From assembly GCA_963575745.1 (NCBI GenBank), contig CAUYUJ010000226.1, positions 310,001 to 374,000 of the forward strand: a stretch of 64,000 nucleotides of DNA, written 5' to 3'. Positions 1 to 9,984 of this stretch are shown piece by piece. This DNA comes from Prorocentrum cordatum (lineage: Eukaryota). The stretch's first letter is position 1. Every line of letters begins with the position of its first letter. The position numbers and the translations under genes were made by a program. The notes under the pieces are model-generated. The model searched no databases, was not told where the DNA came from, and was given only the letters and a program-made list of their open reading frames with translations.

Positions 1-2065
1 CAGAGCTCGCGAGCGGGATCAGCACCGGCCTGGCATTGTGGCGCGGGTTGGCGCCGTGCCCAGAGTGCGCTCCCGTCCTGTCGTGCCCGGCGGTGCCGTC
101 GGCCACCTGCGTCTGAGGCCGCCCTCGCCACTGGCGGTGGCTGGAGGTGCTCTGCTGCTGGCGCCGGTCGTCGTCGGAGCGCGCCCTCCTCGGCGCCGTG
201 TGGGGCTTGCCCACGCGGTTGGCATCGCGTGTTGGCTTGAGGTGTGCGATCGCGGTCGAGACACCGCAGCTGATGTTCGAGGAGCAGGCGAGGGCGCAGC
301 TTGCCTACGTACGTGGGCGCTCCTCGGGGGCGCGGATGGCGTGATGGCCTCGTTCCAGACTGAAGTTTATTTCTTTGTGCAGTCCCTGGGCCAGCACTGT
401 ATCATGTTCGGCTCGTGATGGCGACACGCCCTGGCACCGACGTCGGCTATGGGCTGATCCCATACTTTGATCACTACGAGGGGCGATCGCTGTAGGCCTC
501 GACTTGACCGACGTGTTCGTGTTCCACTACGTGCAGGAGGTTCCTGCAGGGGTGGCGGCGGCTGACATTTATGGTTTCCGCACCTCGCCGCGGCAGGCCG
601 TCGTCGACGCGCACGCGATGATGGGCGCCCACTCGCTGGGTGTGGCGTGCCCGCCGCCACTTGTCATTCAGGTGCCACTTCGACCCGACGCCTGCTGCTG
701 CTGTTTGGGGCGCCCCAGGCTGAGCGGCCGCAGGAGCTCCCGCCTTGGCGGTTCCCGCCCAGCCACCTGTTGGCGGAGGAGGTGCCCTTATGGCTCCAGC
801 CGCGGCCGCGCTTGCCACGGGCGCTGGCGCTCTGGTGGCCCCCGACGTCGCGCCGGGCGCTGCGGCGGTTGGCCCGCCCGTGGCGGCCGCCATGGGCATC
901 CCGCCGGGCTTAGACGGGGGCGCCGGCGCCGCGGCGCCAGTCGCAGCAGGCGTGCTGGCGCCGCCCACAGGGTTAAGCAGGTATGCAGGACCGTGCAGGC
1001 TACTAGTGGCGACCTGGGTTGCCATCAGCTGCCTGCAGGATCCGTTACGTTGTCGGATCGTGCGATCGTCCACGCCTCAAGGCTCTCGGCGTGCGTGTCC
1101 CAACTGACAGCCATTGACGCCGCGGTGTTCGCCAAGGGAGACATTCGCACAATGTCGGCGAAGCTGGCGCGCAGGGCGAGTGCCGCAGGATCTGAGAGGA
1201 CGCGGTCGCGAGCTCGTCCGAGGATCCTCTTTGTCGGCGGCTGGGACCTGCAGGGACCGCGGACGCTCTGCGCCTTCTACGCGCATGAGAACTGGGTCAG
1301 GTTGTCGAAGGTCCCGGCTGGGGATCGGAGCGCCTATGAGCAAGAGGCGCTGCCTCGCATCCTGGATTCGGCCGCGATACTAGCTCACTTGAACTGCCCA
1401 CCCCTCGCATGGAGCTGCTCGCGTGAAGGCTGGCGCTGATCGAGGAGGCGCATCGGATCTCTCCGAACCAGCCCGACTGCAGCGCCGCCGACCATGATGG
1501 GCTGGGGCCGTCGGGCCAGAGGGGCCGCGATGGCGCCCGGCGCGTCGGCCCACGTCGCGGGCCAGCGCAGGCAGGAGTCGGCGACTGCGAAGGAGGCCCG
1601 CAAGGCGCGGGAGGAGGCGGCCGCCAGGGCCAGCGGGGGGCCCAAGGAAGGCGCGGGCGGCGGCGGGTCGGAGACGGCCAACGCCGCAGGGGCGCAATGA
1701 CTCGGGAGGGTCCGCGCGGGCGGCGATGGGGCTCGCCCGCCCCCCTCGCGCGCCAGCCTCGCTACCCCAGCCGAGTGCCCGCGGGGGCTCCCCACCCTTG
1801 ATTTTTCTGGCGGCGACGCCAGGCGCCCCTCATTTTGATCATGATGTTCGTCACCGGCCGCGGCAGCGGCGCGCCAAAGGGCGGAGGGCCGGCGAGCGCA
1901 TCCAGGTTTCTATGAGGCGCGCCTGCGTCGACGTCGCCGGCACCGCCGACGACGGCAGACAGGGGCGCGGCCCAGGCAGCGGCCCAGCGCGAAGTTGTGC
2001 GGCGCGTCCCGCCCGCAAGTCCGCCGTCTTTTTCTCATCGGCGAGAAGCCGCTCGCGAGCGTTTC

Positions 2066-2160
2066 TGCAGGAATCCAGAGACCCCCAGCAGGTTTACTGT
2101 GAGAGATCATGCCATTGCTGGTATGGCTCAAGACAAGCATCCGAAGAAAAGATCTCGCCA
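2066..2160 (+). repeat. 5' LTR (95 bp)
   Basis: TGCAGGAATCC...GATCTCGCCA, a direct repeat of 8422-8516. Confidence 0.96.
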
Positions 2161-2459
2161 TGGTAGCGGAGCCGTGGTCCCGACCCCCCCAGTCCACGGG
2201 GTCGGGCTCCGCGGCCCCCGCTCCCGCCAGCGGCGCGGAGAGCCCCAGCAGCCTGGGGCCGGCCGCCGGTGCGGGAGCCGCAGCAGGGCCCGCCGGGCCA
2301 AGCTTCGGCTGCGGCGACGAGTGGGAGCTCGTCGAGGTCCATCAAGGCTGGAGGAGAGTGGCGAGGCAGCTACGCAAGCTGTTCAGGCTGAGGAGGACCT
2401 GGGCAGCGCTGGGCCAGCACCTGAAGGATTTCACGAAGCTGCGCGCGAACCGCCGCTGA
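2160..2459 (+). CDS. Small upstream ORF (99 aa) of the copia element with a basic amphipathic C-terminus
   Basis: The ATG is formed by the LTR-final A plus the PBS TG. It ends ...WRRVARQLRKLFRLRRTWAALGQHLKDFTKLRANRR*, with the stop one base before the polyprotein ATG (TGA-G-ATG). Confidence 0.45.
   Translation: MVAEPWSRPPQSTGSGSAAPAPASGAESPSSLGPAAGAGAAAGPAGPSFGCGDEWELVEVHQGWRRVARQLRKLFRLRRTWAALGQHLKDFTKLRANRR
2161..2172 (+). promoter_or_regulatory. Primer-binding site, probably for initiator tRNA-Met
   Basis: TGGTAGCGGAGC directly after the 5' LTR; resembles the TGGTA(G/T)C(A/G)GAG iMet-type PBS of copia elements. Confidence 0.8.
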
Positions 2460-2460
2460 G

Positions 2461-5400
2461 ATGGCGGAGGAGCGCGTGCAGGCTCTAGAGCGGCAGATGA
2501 TAGCGCTGGCCCAGGAGTTGCAGAAACGCCAGCAGAGGGAGAACGATCTCACGGCCGAGGTGCAGCGGCTCGGCCGCGTGGCCGAGGCTAGACCACGGGT
2601 GGACGGGCCTGTGCTACAGCCTCGAGCCGAGTCGCTCGTGGACACTCGCACGCTGGGCAAGCCAGACGTGTTCACGGGCGAGGAGCACAAGTGGAACGAT
2701 TGGAAGGTGATCTTCAAGGCGTACTGTGGCGTCGTGAACGCCGACTTGCTGGCAGGGATGCGACTGGCAGAGAGCGCTGACGAGGCCTCAGTTCACAACG
2801 ATGACTTCCTCGAGGAGAACATGAGGCAGGCCTCGCAGCAGCTGTGTTACATCTTGCTCCTCCTCTGCCGGCAGCATCCCCTGACGACGATCGTGAATGC
2901 TGGCGAGAATGAGGGCTTCCAGGCTTGGCGCAAGCTGGTCGAATACTACGAACCGAATGAGAGGTCCCGCATCGCGGGACAGCTGCTGAACCTCCTGAAC
3001 TTCTCGTTCACTGGCGATGTCGAGGACCGGCTGGCGCTGTTCGAGCGAGAGCTCCTCAGGTACGAGCAGAGGAGCGGCGAGGCTATCACAGCCTCTATGA
3101 GGATCGGCATCGTCCGTCGGCAGCTCGAGGAAGGCCCTCTACGCCAGCACCTCTTGCTCAATGCGACCAGGCTGGTGGGGTGGCAGGACTTCCGACGTGA
3201 GGTCACCGACGTCCGCCGTGCCCAGAGCGCCATCGCCCCGGTGCCCGTGCCCATGGGCCTGAGTGCGTTCACCAAGGGTGACGGCAAGGGCAGGTTCAAG
3301 GGCAACGGCAAGGGCAAGAGCAAGTCCAGTGGCAATGGCAAGAGCAAGGGCGACAGCAAGGGCAAGTCCAAGTCCGACAGCAAGAGCAAGACCGGCAGCA
3401 AGTCACATGGTCAGCAGCTCGGGCCACTCTGCTGGGGCTGCGGCGGTCGCGGCCACGCCCAGCGCGAATGCCCGAGCAAGCATAGGGGGACGTTGGCGAG
3501 CATGGAGCAGACGCTGGCTCGCATCAACGCTTCCCAGTCGACGAGTACGACCGTACCATCGGCGGCCAGCTCTATCTCGACGGCTGCGACTACGAGGCTG
3601 AGTCCGGCGACGGCGATGTCCGGCACGAGCTCTCGACAGGTCGCAGCACTCTACCTGAACGACGCGGACGAGCAGGTCAGCTACCCGTTCGCGAACCTCC
3701 ACTCCCTCAGCATCTACGACCCGGGGCCGGACAAGGCGGACGTGGTCGACTGTGCGACCGGCGCGGCCCTGGACCTGAACATGATCCACGGCAACTCGGA
3801 TGCGGAGGAGGTCGAGCTCAACGGCATCTTGCGTGTGGGCATCGACTCGTGTGCGGCGGCATCGGTGCTGCCGCGTGGCTTGTGCACGGACTGCCCGGTG
3901 CACGAGGGCGGCCAGGCGATCTCGTGCACGACCGCCTCTGGCCACTACGTGAACGACGAGGGCGAGAAGATCCTCGTGGGGACGATGCCTGGGGCTTCCC
4001 AGGCACGCGCTGCCAAGTTCAGGGTGGCGGACATCAGCAAGCCGTTGCTGAGCGTCGCGGAGATGGTCGCCTCTGGCCATCGGCTCGTCTTCGACTCGGA
4101 GGGCGGGCAGGATATTAGCTACGCGTACCACATGACCAGCGGCGACGTTGTCAAGTTCTGCCGCAGGAACAAGGTCTACGAGATGGATATGCACGTCGAC
4201 CCGTACGTGCCGGAGGTCTGCCCGGTCGAGGTGGCAGGCCACGAGCCTCCCGAGGGTGAAGCCGGCCAGCCAGGCGCGGCTCACGAGGAGGTCGCGGCGG
4301 GCCCGCCGGCACGGCCGGCGAGGGAGCCCGCAGCGCCGACGGCGGCCGAGCGAGCCGCGCATGAGGTGCTGCACGAGCCCTACAGGGCATGGTGCCGGGA
4401 GTGCGTCTCCGGCCGAGGCCTGTCCGCAGGCCATCAGACGAAGGACCACCAGGAGTCGGCGCTCGCGGTGGTTGGCATCGACTACGGCTACCTCGGTGAA
4501 CGAGAGGACGCCACGCCGCTGCTGATCGGGAAAGATTCGAAGCACCGTTGGTTCCACGCGTCGGTGGTTCCAGCTAAGGGGACGCAGCATCCCTGGCCAG
4601 CAAAGTCGTGGTCCAGGAGGCTGGCATCGGCTGGCCACAAGCGCTTCGTCTCCCGCTCAGACGGCGAGGCGCCGCTCGTCGCCCTGAAGACCCGCATCGG
4701 GGCCAAGCTCAAGGAGGAGTACGGCATCGAGACGGTGCCCGAGGAGAGCGCGGTCGGCGACTCTCAGGGCAACGGCCTGGCCGAGCACGCGGTGCGCGAG
4801 GTCAAGGCCAAGGTGAGGACGGCGCGGGCGCAGGTGGACGACCTCCACGGTGTGAGCATTGGCGTCGAGCACCCAGTGACCCCGTGGATGGTCGAGTTCG
4901 CAGCCATGTCCATCAACCTGGGCAGGCGGGGCGCTGACAGCCGCACGGCTTGGGAGCTTCGGCGCGGCCGCCCCTTCAACAAGGACCTGGCTTGCTTCTC
5001 GGAGAAGGTCCTGTATCTCCCAGGGGGCAAGCGCAAGGCCGGGATCGAGGACAAGTTCCTCGCTGGGCTCTACCTGGGGCCCACGCTTCGGACGGGCGAG
5101 GTCTACATTGGCACGGAGTTGGGCGCACTACGGGCCAGGGCCTTCAAGCGGTTGACGGTCGAGCAGCGGGCCGACAAGGACCTGCTGAACAGCCTCGTGG
5201 GGAAGCCGTGGGCGCCGGTGCCGACGGACGTAGAGGTGGACGAAGTGCCGGTGGCCATCGAGATCCGAGCGCCGGTGCCAGCGCCGGTCGCGCCTGTGGG
5301 CGGACCTCTGGCGCCCATCCCTGAGGCTGGGGACCTCCCGCCCCGGGCTCTCCGAGTCGGGCGACCACCAGCAGGGCCGCGGGCCGTCTACATCAGGAAG

Positions 5401-8124
5401 GACGTCGAGATCGCGAAGTACGGGCTCTCCCCGGGCTGCTACGGCTGCGCCGCGATCCTCAACGGCGCCCGGGCGCAGGCTCACTCAGCCGAGTGCCGCG
5501 CTCGGATCGAGCAGGCGATGCAGGACGACGAGGAGGCAAAGCAGAGGCTCGAGGATGCCCGTGAGCGGAAGCGGCATCGCGCTGACGTCGCCGGGCCTGT
5601 CTATCAAGAGGGCGGCTCGTCAGGCAGTGGCGGTCCAGCCCCAGCTCAGCAGGTGCCGCCAGCACCCGAGGCCGCGGCGGCGGCTGACGTGGCGACGGCT
5701 CCGCCACCACACGACCCCGGCGACGACAACATGCAGGAGGAGATCGGTGCCCTCCTGCTCTCCCTCGGCTACAGCGGGCGCAAGGCCGACGTGATGGAGG
5801 TCTTCTGCCCGAATAGGCTTGTGGGCTTTGCCCCCCTCTTCGGTCTGGTCCACGGCGGCTCGTTCGACCTGAGGGATGGCTGGGACCTGACCGACCGCCA
5901 GCAGCAGCGACAGTGCCGGGAGCTGATCGAGCACTTCGAGGTGTACTTCCTCTTGGGCAGTCCTCGCTGCGCGCCGTTCTCCACGCTGAAGTACCTGAAC
6001 GAGGACACGGAGAAGCAGCGCGAGGCCTACGCCATCGGGTACGAGCACTTGAGGTTCGTGATGGAGCTCTACACACTGCAGGTGAAGCACGACCGCACGT
6101 TCTTGCACGAGCACCCCTGGAGCGCGGACAGCTCGGACCTGGACATCGTGAAGGATGTGATGGCTCTCCCGGGTGTCGAGGTCGGGCGAGGCGACCAGTG
6201 CGTGTTCGGCCTGGTGGTTGCGGACGCGCACGGCGACAGGCTCGCCAAGAAGCCGACAGGGTGGATGAGTAATAACGAGGAGGTGTTGGATGAGGTCTGC
6301 AAGCGCTGCCCCAATGATACTGGCATAGGCAGCCGCCGCGAGCATTCCACCTTCGTCGGCCGCAACATGCGTGTGGCGGAGAGGTGCCCCGTCAAGCTCC
6401 TCCGCGCCATCCTCCGTGGCCTCCGCCTTCACCTTAGCAACAAGAAGGTGCTCGCGCTTTCGGCCCTGGATGCTGGGCCGAACGTGGACGATGAGGAGAT
6501 CAGCCTGAAGGACTTCGTCGAGAGGTGGCGCGACACGCTGAGGACCGAGTTCTACGACGACCTCACCGGCCTCCCGCTGGACCCTACGCGGGTGAAGGCC
6601 GCGAGGCCCCTGGAGATGGATTTCATGGCGCAGCTTGGCGTGTGGGCCTACGCGAGGGAGGAGGACTGTCAGCGCGAGCTTGGACGGGGGCCTCTCAGTG
6701 TGCGCTGGGTTGATATCGACAAGGGCGACACCGACCGGCCGGATTGCAGATCCAGGCTCGTTGTGCAGGAGACCAAGGCGCAGAGCACCCTCGCCGGGGA
6801 CGACATCGGCGCGGTGTTTGCGGCGACCCCGCCGCTAGAGTGCCTTCGGCTCATCTGCAGCATAGTGATGTCGAGCGACCCGTCCGAGGGCCGCGCGCTG
6901 CGCTTCCTGGACATCTCGCGGGCACACCCGCACTGTGAGATCAAGAGGACGGTCTACATCAAGCTTCCAGAGGAGGATCCGATGTCGCAGGAGATCGGTA
7001 CGTGTGGGCTCCTGCGGATGGCGCTCTACGGGACGCGCGACGCTGGCCAGAACTTCGAGCTCGCGACTGCCGAGACGGTCATCGGTGCTGGCTGTGACCA
7101 GTCGGCCTTCTCGCCTTGCGTGTACTGCCACAAGGACCTCCAGGTGAGCTTCTTCCACCACGGCGACGACTTCGTGCTCGAGGGCTCTCGGGACGGGACG
7201 GAGTCGATCTGCGAGGCCCTGAAGACGAAGTTCATCGTGAAGGACAGGGGCGTGCTCGGGCCGGCGCCGACCGACGCAAAGGAGATCACGCGCCTCAACA
7301 GGGTAGTGCGCTGGCGAGACCGATGGTGCCAAGGGGGCGAAGTCATCGAGTACGAGGCGGATCCCAGGCACGCGCAGATCTTGCACGCGCAGCTTGGAAT
7401 GGACCACCGCACCACGAAGTCAGTGAGCACGCCAGCGCTGAGCCAGAAGCTTACACCTGAGGTCGAGCGCGAGCTGAACGAGCACGAGGCGGCAGAGTAC
7501 CGCAGTGCGTGCATGAGGCTGGGCTACTTGGCGCTCGACCGGCCAGAGGTGCAGTTCGCGGCCAAGGAGTGCGCTCGCGGCATGCAGAAGCCGACAGAGC
7601 GACACCTCCGCCTCCTGAAGCGCGCTGGACGTTTCTGGATCGGGGCGCCGCGGGCCATCTGGAAGTGGGGCCGACAGCGGGCGCCCACAGTGATGGACAT
7701 CTACTCGGACACCGATTGGGCAGGCTGCCCGATCACGCGGAGGAGCACCAGTTCAGTCGCGATCAAACATGGGCAGCACCTGATCGTGACGGCATCGACG
7801 ACTCAGATCCCCATCTCCATGAGTTCGGGGGAGGCTGAGTTCTACGGCTGTGTGCGAGCGGCCAGCAGGGCCATCGGCATGCAGTCACTGTGCCAGGGCC
7901 TAGGCAGGGGCGCGAGCCTTCGCATCTGGAGCGACTCGGCAGCTGCTCTTGGCATCATGCAACGACGAGGCTGCGGCAAAGTCCGACACCTCGAGACGCC
8001 GACGCTGTGGGTGCAGAAGGCACTCAAGGACGGACGGTTTCAACTGGCCAAGTTCCCGGGAAGTCGAAACCGGCGGACCTGGGGACGAAGTTCCTCGACC
8101 AGGCGGCGATGCTCCGAGGGCTGA
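2461..8124 (+). CDS. Copia gag-pol polyprotein (Gag, Zn knuckle, protease, integrase, DNMT, RT, RNase H); 1-nt frameshift near the C-terminus
   Basis: CWGCGGRGHAQREC knuckle; IDSCAAASV protease; HEVLHEPYRAWCREC, IDY, SDGE, NGLAE integrase; RSRLV, FAATPP, DISRA, LYGTRDA, HGDDF RT; YSDTDWAG, SSGEAEF, SDS, KVRHL RNase H. The conserved (N)PADLGTK tail is in another frame at ~8050-8090. Confidence 0.95.
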   Translation: MAEERVQALERQMIALAQELQKRQQRENDLTAEVQRLGRVAEARPRVDGPVLQPRAESLVDTRTLGKPDVFTGEEHKWNDWKVIFKAYCGVVNADLLAGMRLAESADEASVHNDDFLEENMRQASQQLCYILLLLCRQHPLTTIVNAGENEGFQAWRKLVEYYEPNERSRIAGQLLNLLNFSFTGDVEDRLALFERELLRYEQRSGEAITASMRIGIVRRQLEEGPLRQHLLLNATRLVGWQDFRREVTDVRRAQSAIAPVPVPMGLSAFTKGDGKGRFKGNGKGKSKSSGNGKSKGDSKGKSKSDSKSKTGSKSHGQQLGPLCWGCGGRGHAQRECPSKHRGTLASMEQTLARINASQSTSTTVPSAASSISTAATTRLSPATAMSGTSSRQVAALYLNDADEQVSYPFANLHSLSIYDPGPDKADVVDCATGAALDLNMIHGNSDAEEVELNGILRVGIDSCAAASVLPRGLCTDCPVHEGGQAISCTTASGHYVNDEGEKILVGTMPGASQARAAKFRVADISKPLLSVAEMVASGHRLVFDSEGGQDISYAYHMTSGDVVKFCRRNKVYEMDMHVDPYVPEVCPVEVAGHEPPEGEAGQPGAAHEEVAAGPPARPAREPAAPTAAERAAHEVLHEPYRAWCRECVSGRGLSAGHQTKDHQESALAVVGIDYGYLGEREDATPLLIGKDSKHRWFHASVVPAKGTQHPWPAKSWSRRLASAGHKRFVSRSDGEAPLVALKTRIGAKLKEEYGIETVPEESAVGDSQGNGLAEHAVREVKAKVRTARAQVDDLHGVSIGVEHPVTPWMVEFAAMSINLGRRGADSRTAWELRRGRPFNKDLACFSEKVLYLPGGKRKAGIEDKFLAGLYLGPTLRTGEVYIGTELGALRARAFKRLTVEQRADKDLLNSLVGKPWAPVPTDVEVDEVPVAIEIRAPVPAPVAPVGGPLAPIPEAGDLPPRALRVGRPPAGPRAVYIRKDVEIAKYGLSPGCYGCAAILNGARAQAHSAECRARIEQAMQDDEEAKQRLEDARERKRHRADVAGPVYQEGGSSGSGGPAPAQQVPPAPEAAAAADVATAPPPHDPGDDNMQEEIGALLLSLGYSGRKADVMEVFCPNRLVGFAPLFGLVHGGSFDLRDGWDLTDRQQQRQCRELIEHFEVYFLLGSPRCAPFSTLKYLNEDTEKQREAYAIGYEHLRFVMELYTLQVKHDRTFLHEHPWSADSSDLDIVKDVMALPGVEVGRGDQCVFGLVVADAHGDRLAKKPTGWMSNNEEVLDEVCKRCPNDTGIGSRREHSTFVGRNMRVAERCPVKLLRAILRGLRLHLSNKKVLALSALDAGPNVDDEEISLKDFVERWRDTLRTEFYDDLTGLPLDPTRVKAARPLEMDFMAQLGVWAYAREEDCQRELGRGPLSVRWVDIDKGDTDRPDCRSRLVVQETKAQSTLAGDDIGAVFAATPPLECLRLICSIVMSSDPSEGRALRFLDISRAHPHCEIKRTVYIKLPEEDPMSQEIGTCGLLRMALYGTRDAGQNFELATAETVIGAGCDQSAFSPCVYCHKDLQVSFFHHGDDFVLEGSRDGTESICEALKTKFIVKDRGVLGPAPTDAKEITRLNRVVRWRDRWCQGGEVIEYEADPRHAQILHAQLGMDHRTTKSVSTPALSQKLTPEVERELNEHEAAEYRSACMRLGYLALDRPEVQFAAKECARGMQKPTERHLRLLKRAGRFWIGAPRAIWKWGRQRAPTVMDIYSDTDWAGCPITRRSTSSVAIKHGQHLIVTASTTQIPISMSSGEAEFYGCVRAASRAIGMQSLCQGLGRGASLRIWSDSAAALGIMQRRGCGKVRHLETPTLWVQKALKDGRFQLAKFPGSRNRRTWGRSSSTRRRCSEG
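5788..6420 (+). other. Cytosine-5 DNA methyltransferase-like domain within the copia polyprotein
   Basis: Motifs in order: VMEVFCP (I-like), FDLRDGWD, LLGSPRC (IV, catalytic Cys at 5968-5970), FLHEHP (VI), DQCVFG..KKPT (VIII), CP..LLRAILRG (X-like). Confidence 0.85.
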
Positions 8125-8412
8125 AGATGATGAATGTCGAGCTCTCGGACGCGCCCCCCTCTCGAGTGCCCTTCAAGCGAAGGTCTGAACCAGAGGCGCG
8201 AGCGGCCATTTTGGCCTGGCCATTTCGGCCTGCAGTCTTTCGCTCCGCGCTGGTATTGCCTTGGACGGGCCACGGCCGTCAGCGCGGCTATTGCGTGTAC
8301 TTTGATTGCAGTGCTCGACCAACGCCGTTGTCCAGAGCGCTGTGCACTGGCAATGAGTTTCGGAGCTTTTCAGGATTCGAGTATCGTGCCTGGCTGAAGA
8401 GCTGGGCGGCAC

Positions 8413-8420
8413 GAAGGGGG
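8413..8420 (+). promoter_or_regulatory. Polypurine tract
   Basis: GAAGGGGG one base before the 3' LTR. Confidence 0.75.
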
Positions 8421-8421
8421 C

Positions 8422-8516
8422 TGCAGGAATCCAGAGACCCCCAGCAGGTTTACTGTGAGAGATCATGCCATTACTGGTATGGCTCAAGGCAAACATCCGA
8501 AGAAAAGATCTCGCCA
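8422..8516 (+). repeat. 3' LTR (95 bp)
   Basis: Copy of 2066-2160 with 3 A/G transitions, followed by TSD GTTTC. Confidence 0.96.
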
Positions 8517-9984
8517 GTTTCGGCTCCGACCTCTGCTACGACGGCGGGGGGGTCCCAAGTGTCGTGACCGCGTGCGACGCCGCGCCGATGGCGGTGCCGG
8601 AGGAGCCGGAGCGACTTCATCCGACGCCTGTCTCAGCGGTTATGCCGTGTGCTCGCGGGTCTTGAGCTCGGAGGTCGACAGGAAGCTGGGAGGCGCCAGA
8701 GAGAAGTCTAGGTACATGGGTGGCATAGGTCCTGGGATCGCTCGTTTCTGGGACCTGACGTCTACAACGATATTAACACGGTCAAGCCCATGGGCCCCCA
8801 GAGGTCTGGGACGAGAGCCCGATCTTCGTCAAGATCCCTCGGGTGCTCCTGGGCCCCAGAGATAGGCGGCTCGACTTCGCAGCTCGGTTCCTGGGGGCCG
8901 AAACCATCACGGCGCTAGAAGGCACGGCTTCAGTGGCGGCCCTCAGGCACCAGCTACGTTCGGCGGGCTTCTTCGGTTGCTCACTCGTGCATCTTGGGGA
9001 TAACCGATCGCTCATTTTGGCTTTTGAAAAAGGGAGATCAACTTCGCTGCCGGCGGCTGCTCGCCCTCTCGCTCGCGGCCGATGTGTAGGTGCGCCGCCG
9101 GTTGCAGACGTCGGAGCTGAGCGCCGCGGATGGCGCCTCTGCGGCAGTGGGGCGCCCTGCTTCGTTCAAGGGCCGCGCCAGGCCTACCAGGTCGATTCCC
9201 TTGTGGGCCATGCTCTTCAGCGCCATCTGAGGGGTCGCGCTCCTTTTCGGGGGGGGGGTGCCAGCGACCTGGCGCTGTCGGCCGCGAAGACCATTCGTGG
9301 CCGCGGCACCTCGGGGCCCTCGGCGGGCTGCATTCGTTCTGCCACCGCCAGCATCGAGCCCAGTCGACTCGGCCGGGCCGAGAGATGCACGCAGACGGCG
9401 GCGACAGGTGCGCGGGGCATGCGTTTTGCCCAGCCTGCCAGGCGACGCGCCCGTCGGCGAGCCGAGGGGGGGGCCGCTCTTCCTCGCGCGTGCCGAGCTC
9501 TCCAGGCGCGGGCGCGGCGCGGGCGCGGTTGCTCTCTGCTGTCGCGCGGCCGCCGACGCCGTGGATCGTCGTGGCGCTGGCGGGCCAAGTGATAGTCAAC
9601 TCGGAGGAGCCGCTGGCGGCGCTGCCGGCGGCGCCCTGCTTCGCGCGTTACTTCTGGCCCTCGGGGGGCCCGATCGTCAGACAGGCGACGCGGTGGCCCC
9701 ATCGCTCCCGACCTCGACCTTCGCGGCCATCAACCTCCACCATCTGAGGCGCGGCGGCCCGTCGGAGAACAGGAGGGACAAGTCGAGTGCCCCGTCGGAG
9801 GTGAAGTAGCGAGGACGTTGAAGCGCCGACGCCTCGACGAGGCGATGCAAGGCGGCCGCCCGTTTACTGCGCGAGGAGGCGCGGTTGGTCCCGGCGCTGC
9901 AGGTTCAGGCCATTGCCGCCGTGATAAGCCTCCCCAGCACCCCAAAGCATCGCTGAACCGCCGCCGTGCGCCCGCCGGAGACGA

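Larger units (their letters stand above)
2066..8516 (+). mobile_element. Full-length Ty1/copia LTR retrotransposon carrying a DNMT domain
   Basis: Two 95-bp TG...CA LTRs with 3 mismatches; 5-bp TSD GTTTC (2061-2065 and 8517-8521); PBS, PPT; gag-PR-IN-RT-RH domain order. Confidence 0.96.
1..9900 (+). mobile_element. Decayed tyrosine-recombinase (DIRS/Ngaro-like) retrotransposon remnant, interrupted by the copia element at 2066-8516; RT largely deleted
   Basis: Frameshifted fragments are colinear with the element at 24.8-33.3 kb: CPECAPVLSCP plus a hydrophobic stretch (57-180), LYHVRLV (~400), GPRT..HENWVRLSKVPAGDRSAYEQEAL..HLN (1250-1400), KEARKAREE (~1590), RNase H-like ITALEG..ALRH..LGDN..LAFEKGRS (8900-9040), and YR-like RYFWP, LHHLRRGGPS, EVK*RGR (9640-9820). 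Ends are approximate. Confidence 0.7.

Noticed and set aside
2161..2190. tRNA gene
   Set aside because: Only a short complement of a tRNA 3' end (the PBS); no cloverleaf.
8205..8232. GCCATTTTGGC and GCCATTTCGGC tandem SL-like words in the copia 3' region
   Set aside because: They lack the TCAAG end and no convincing ORF follows; may be chance.
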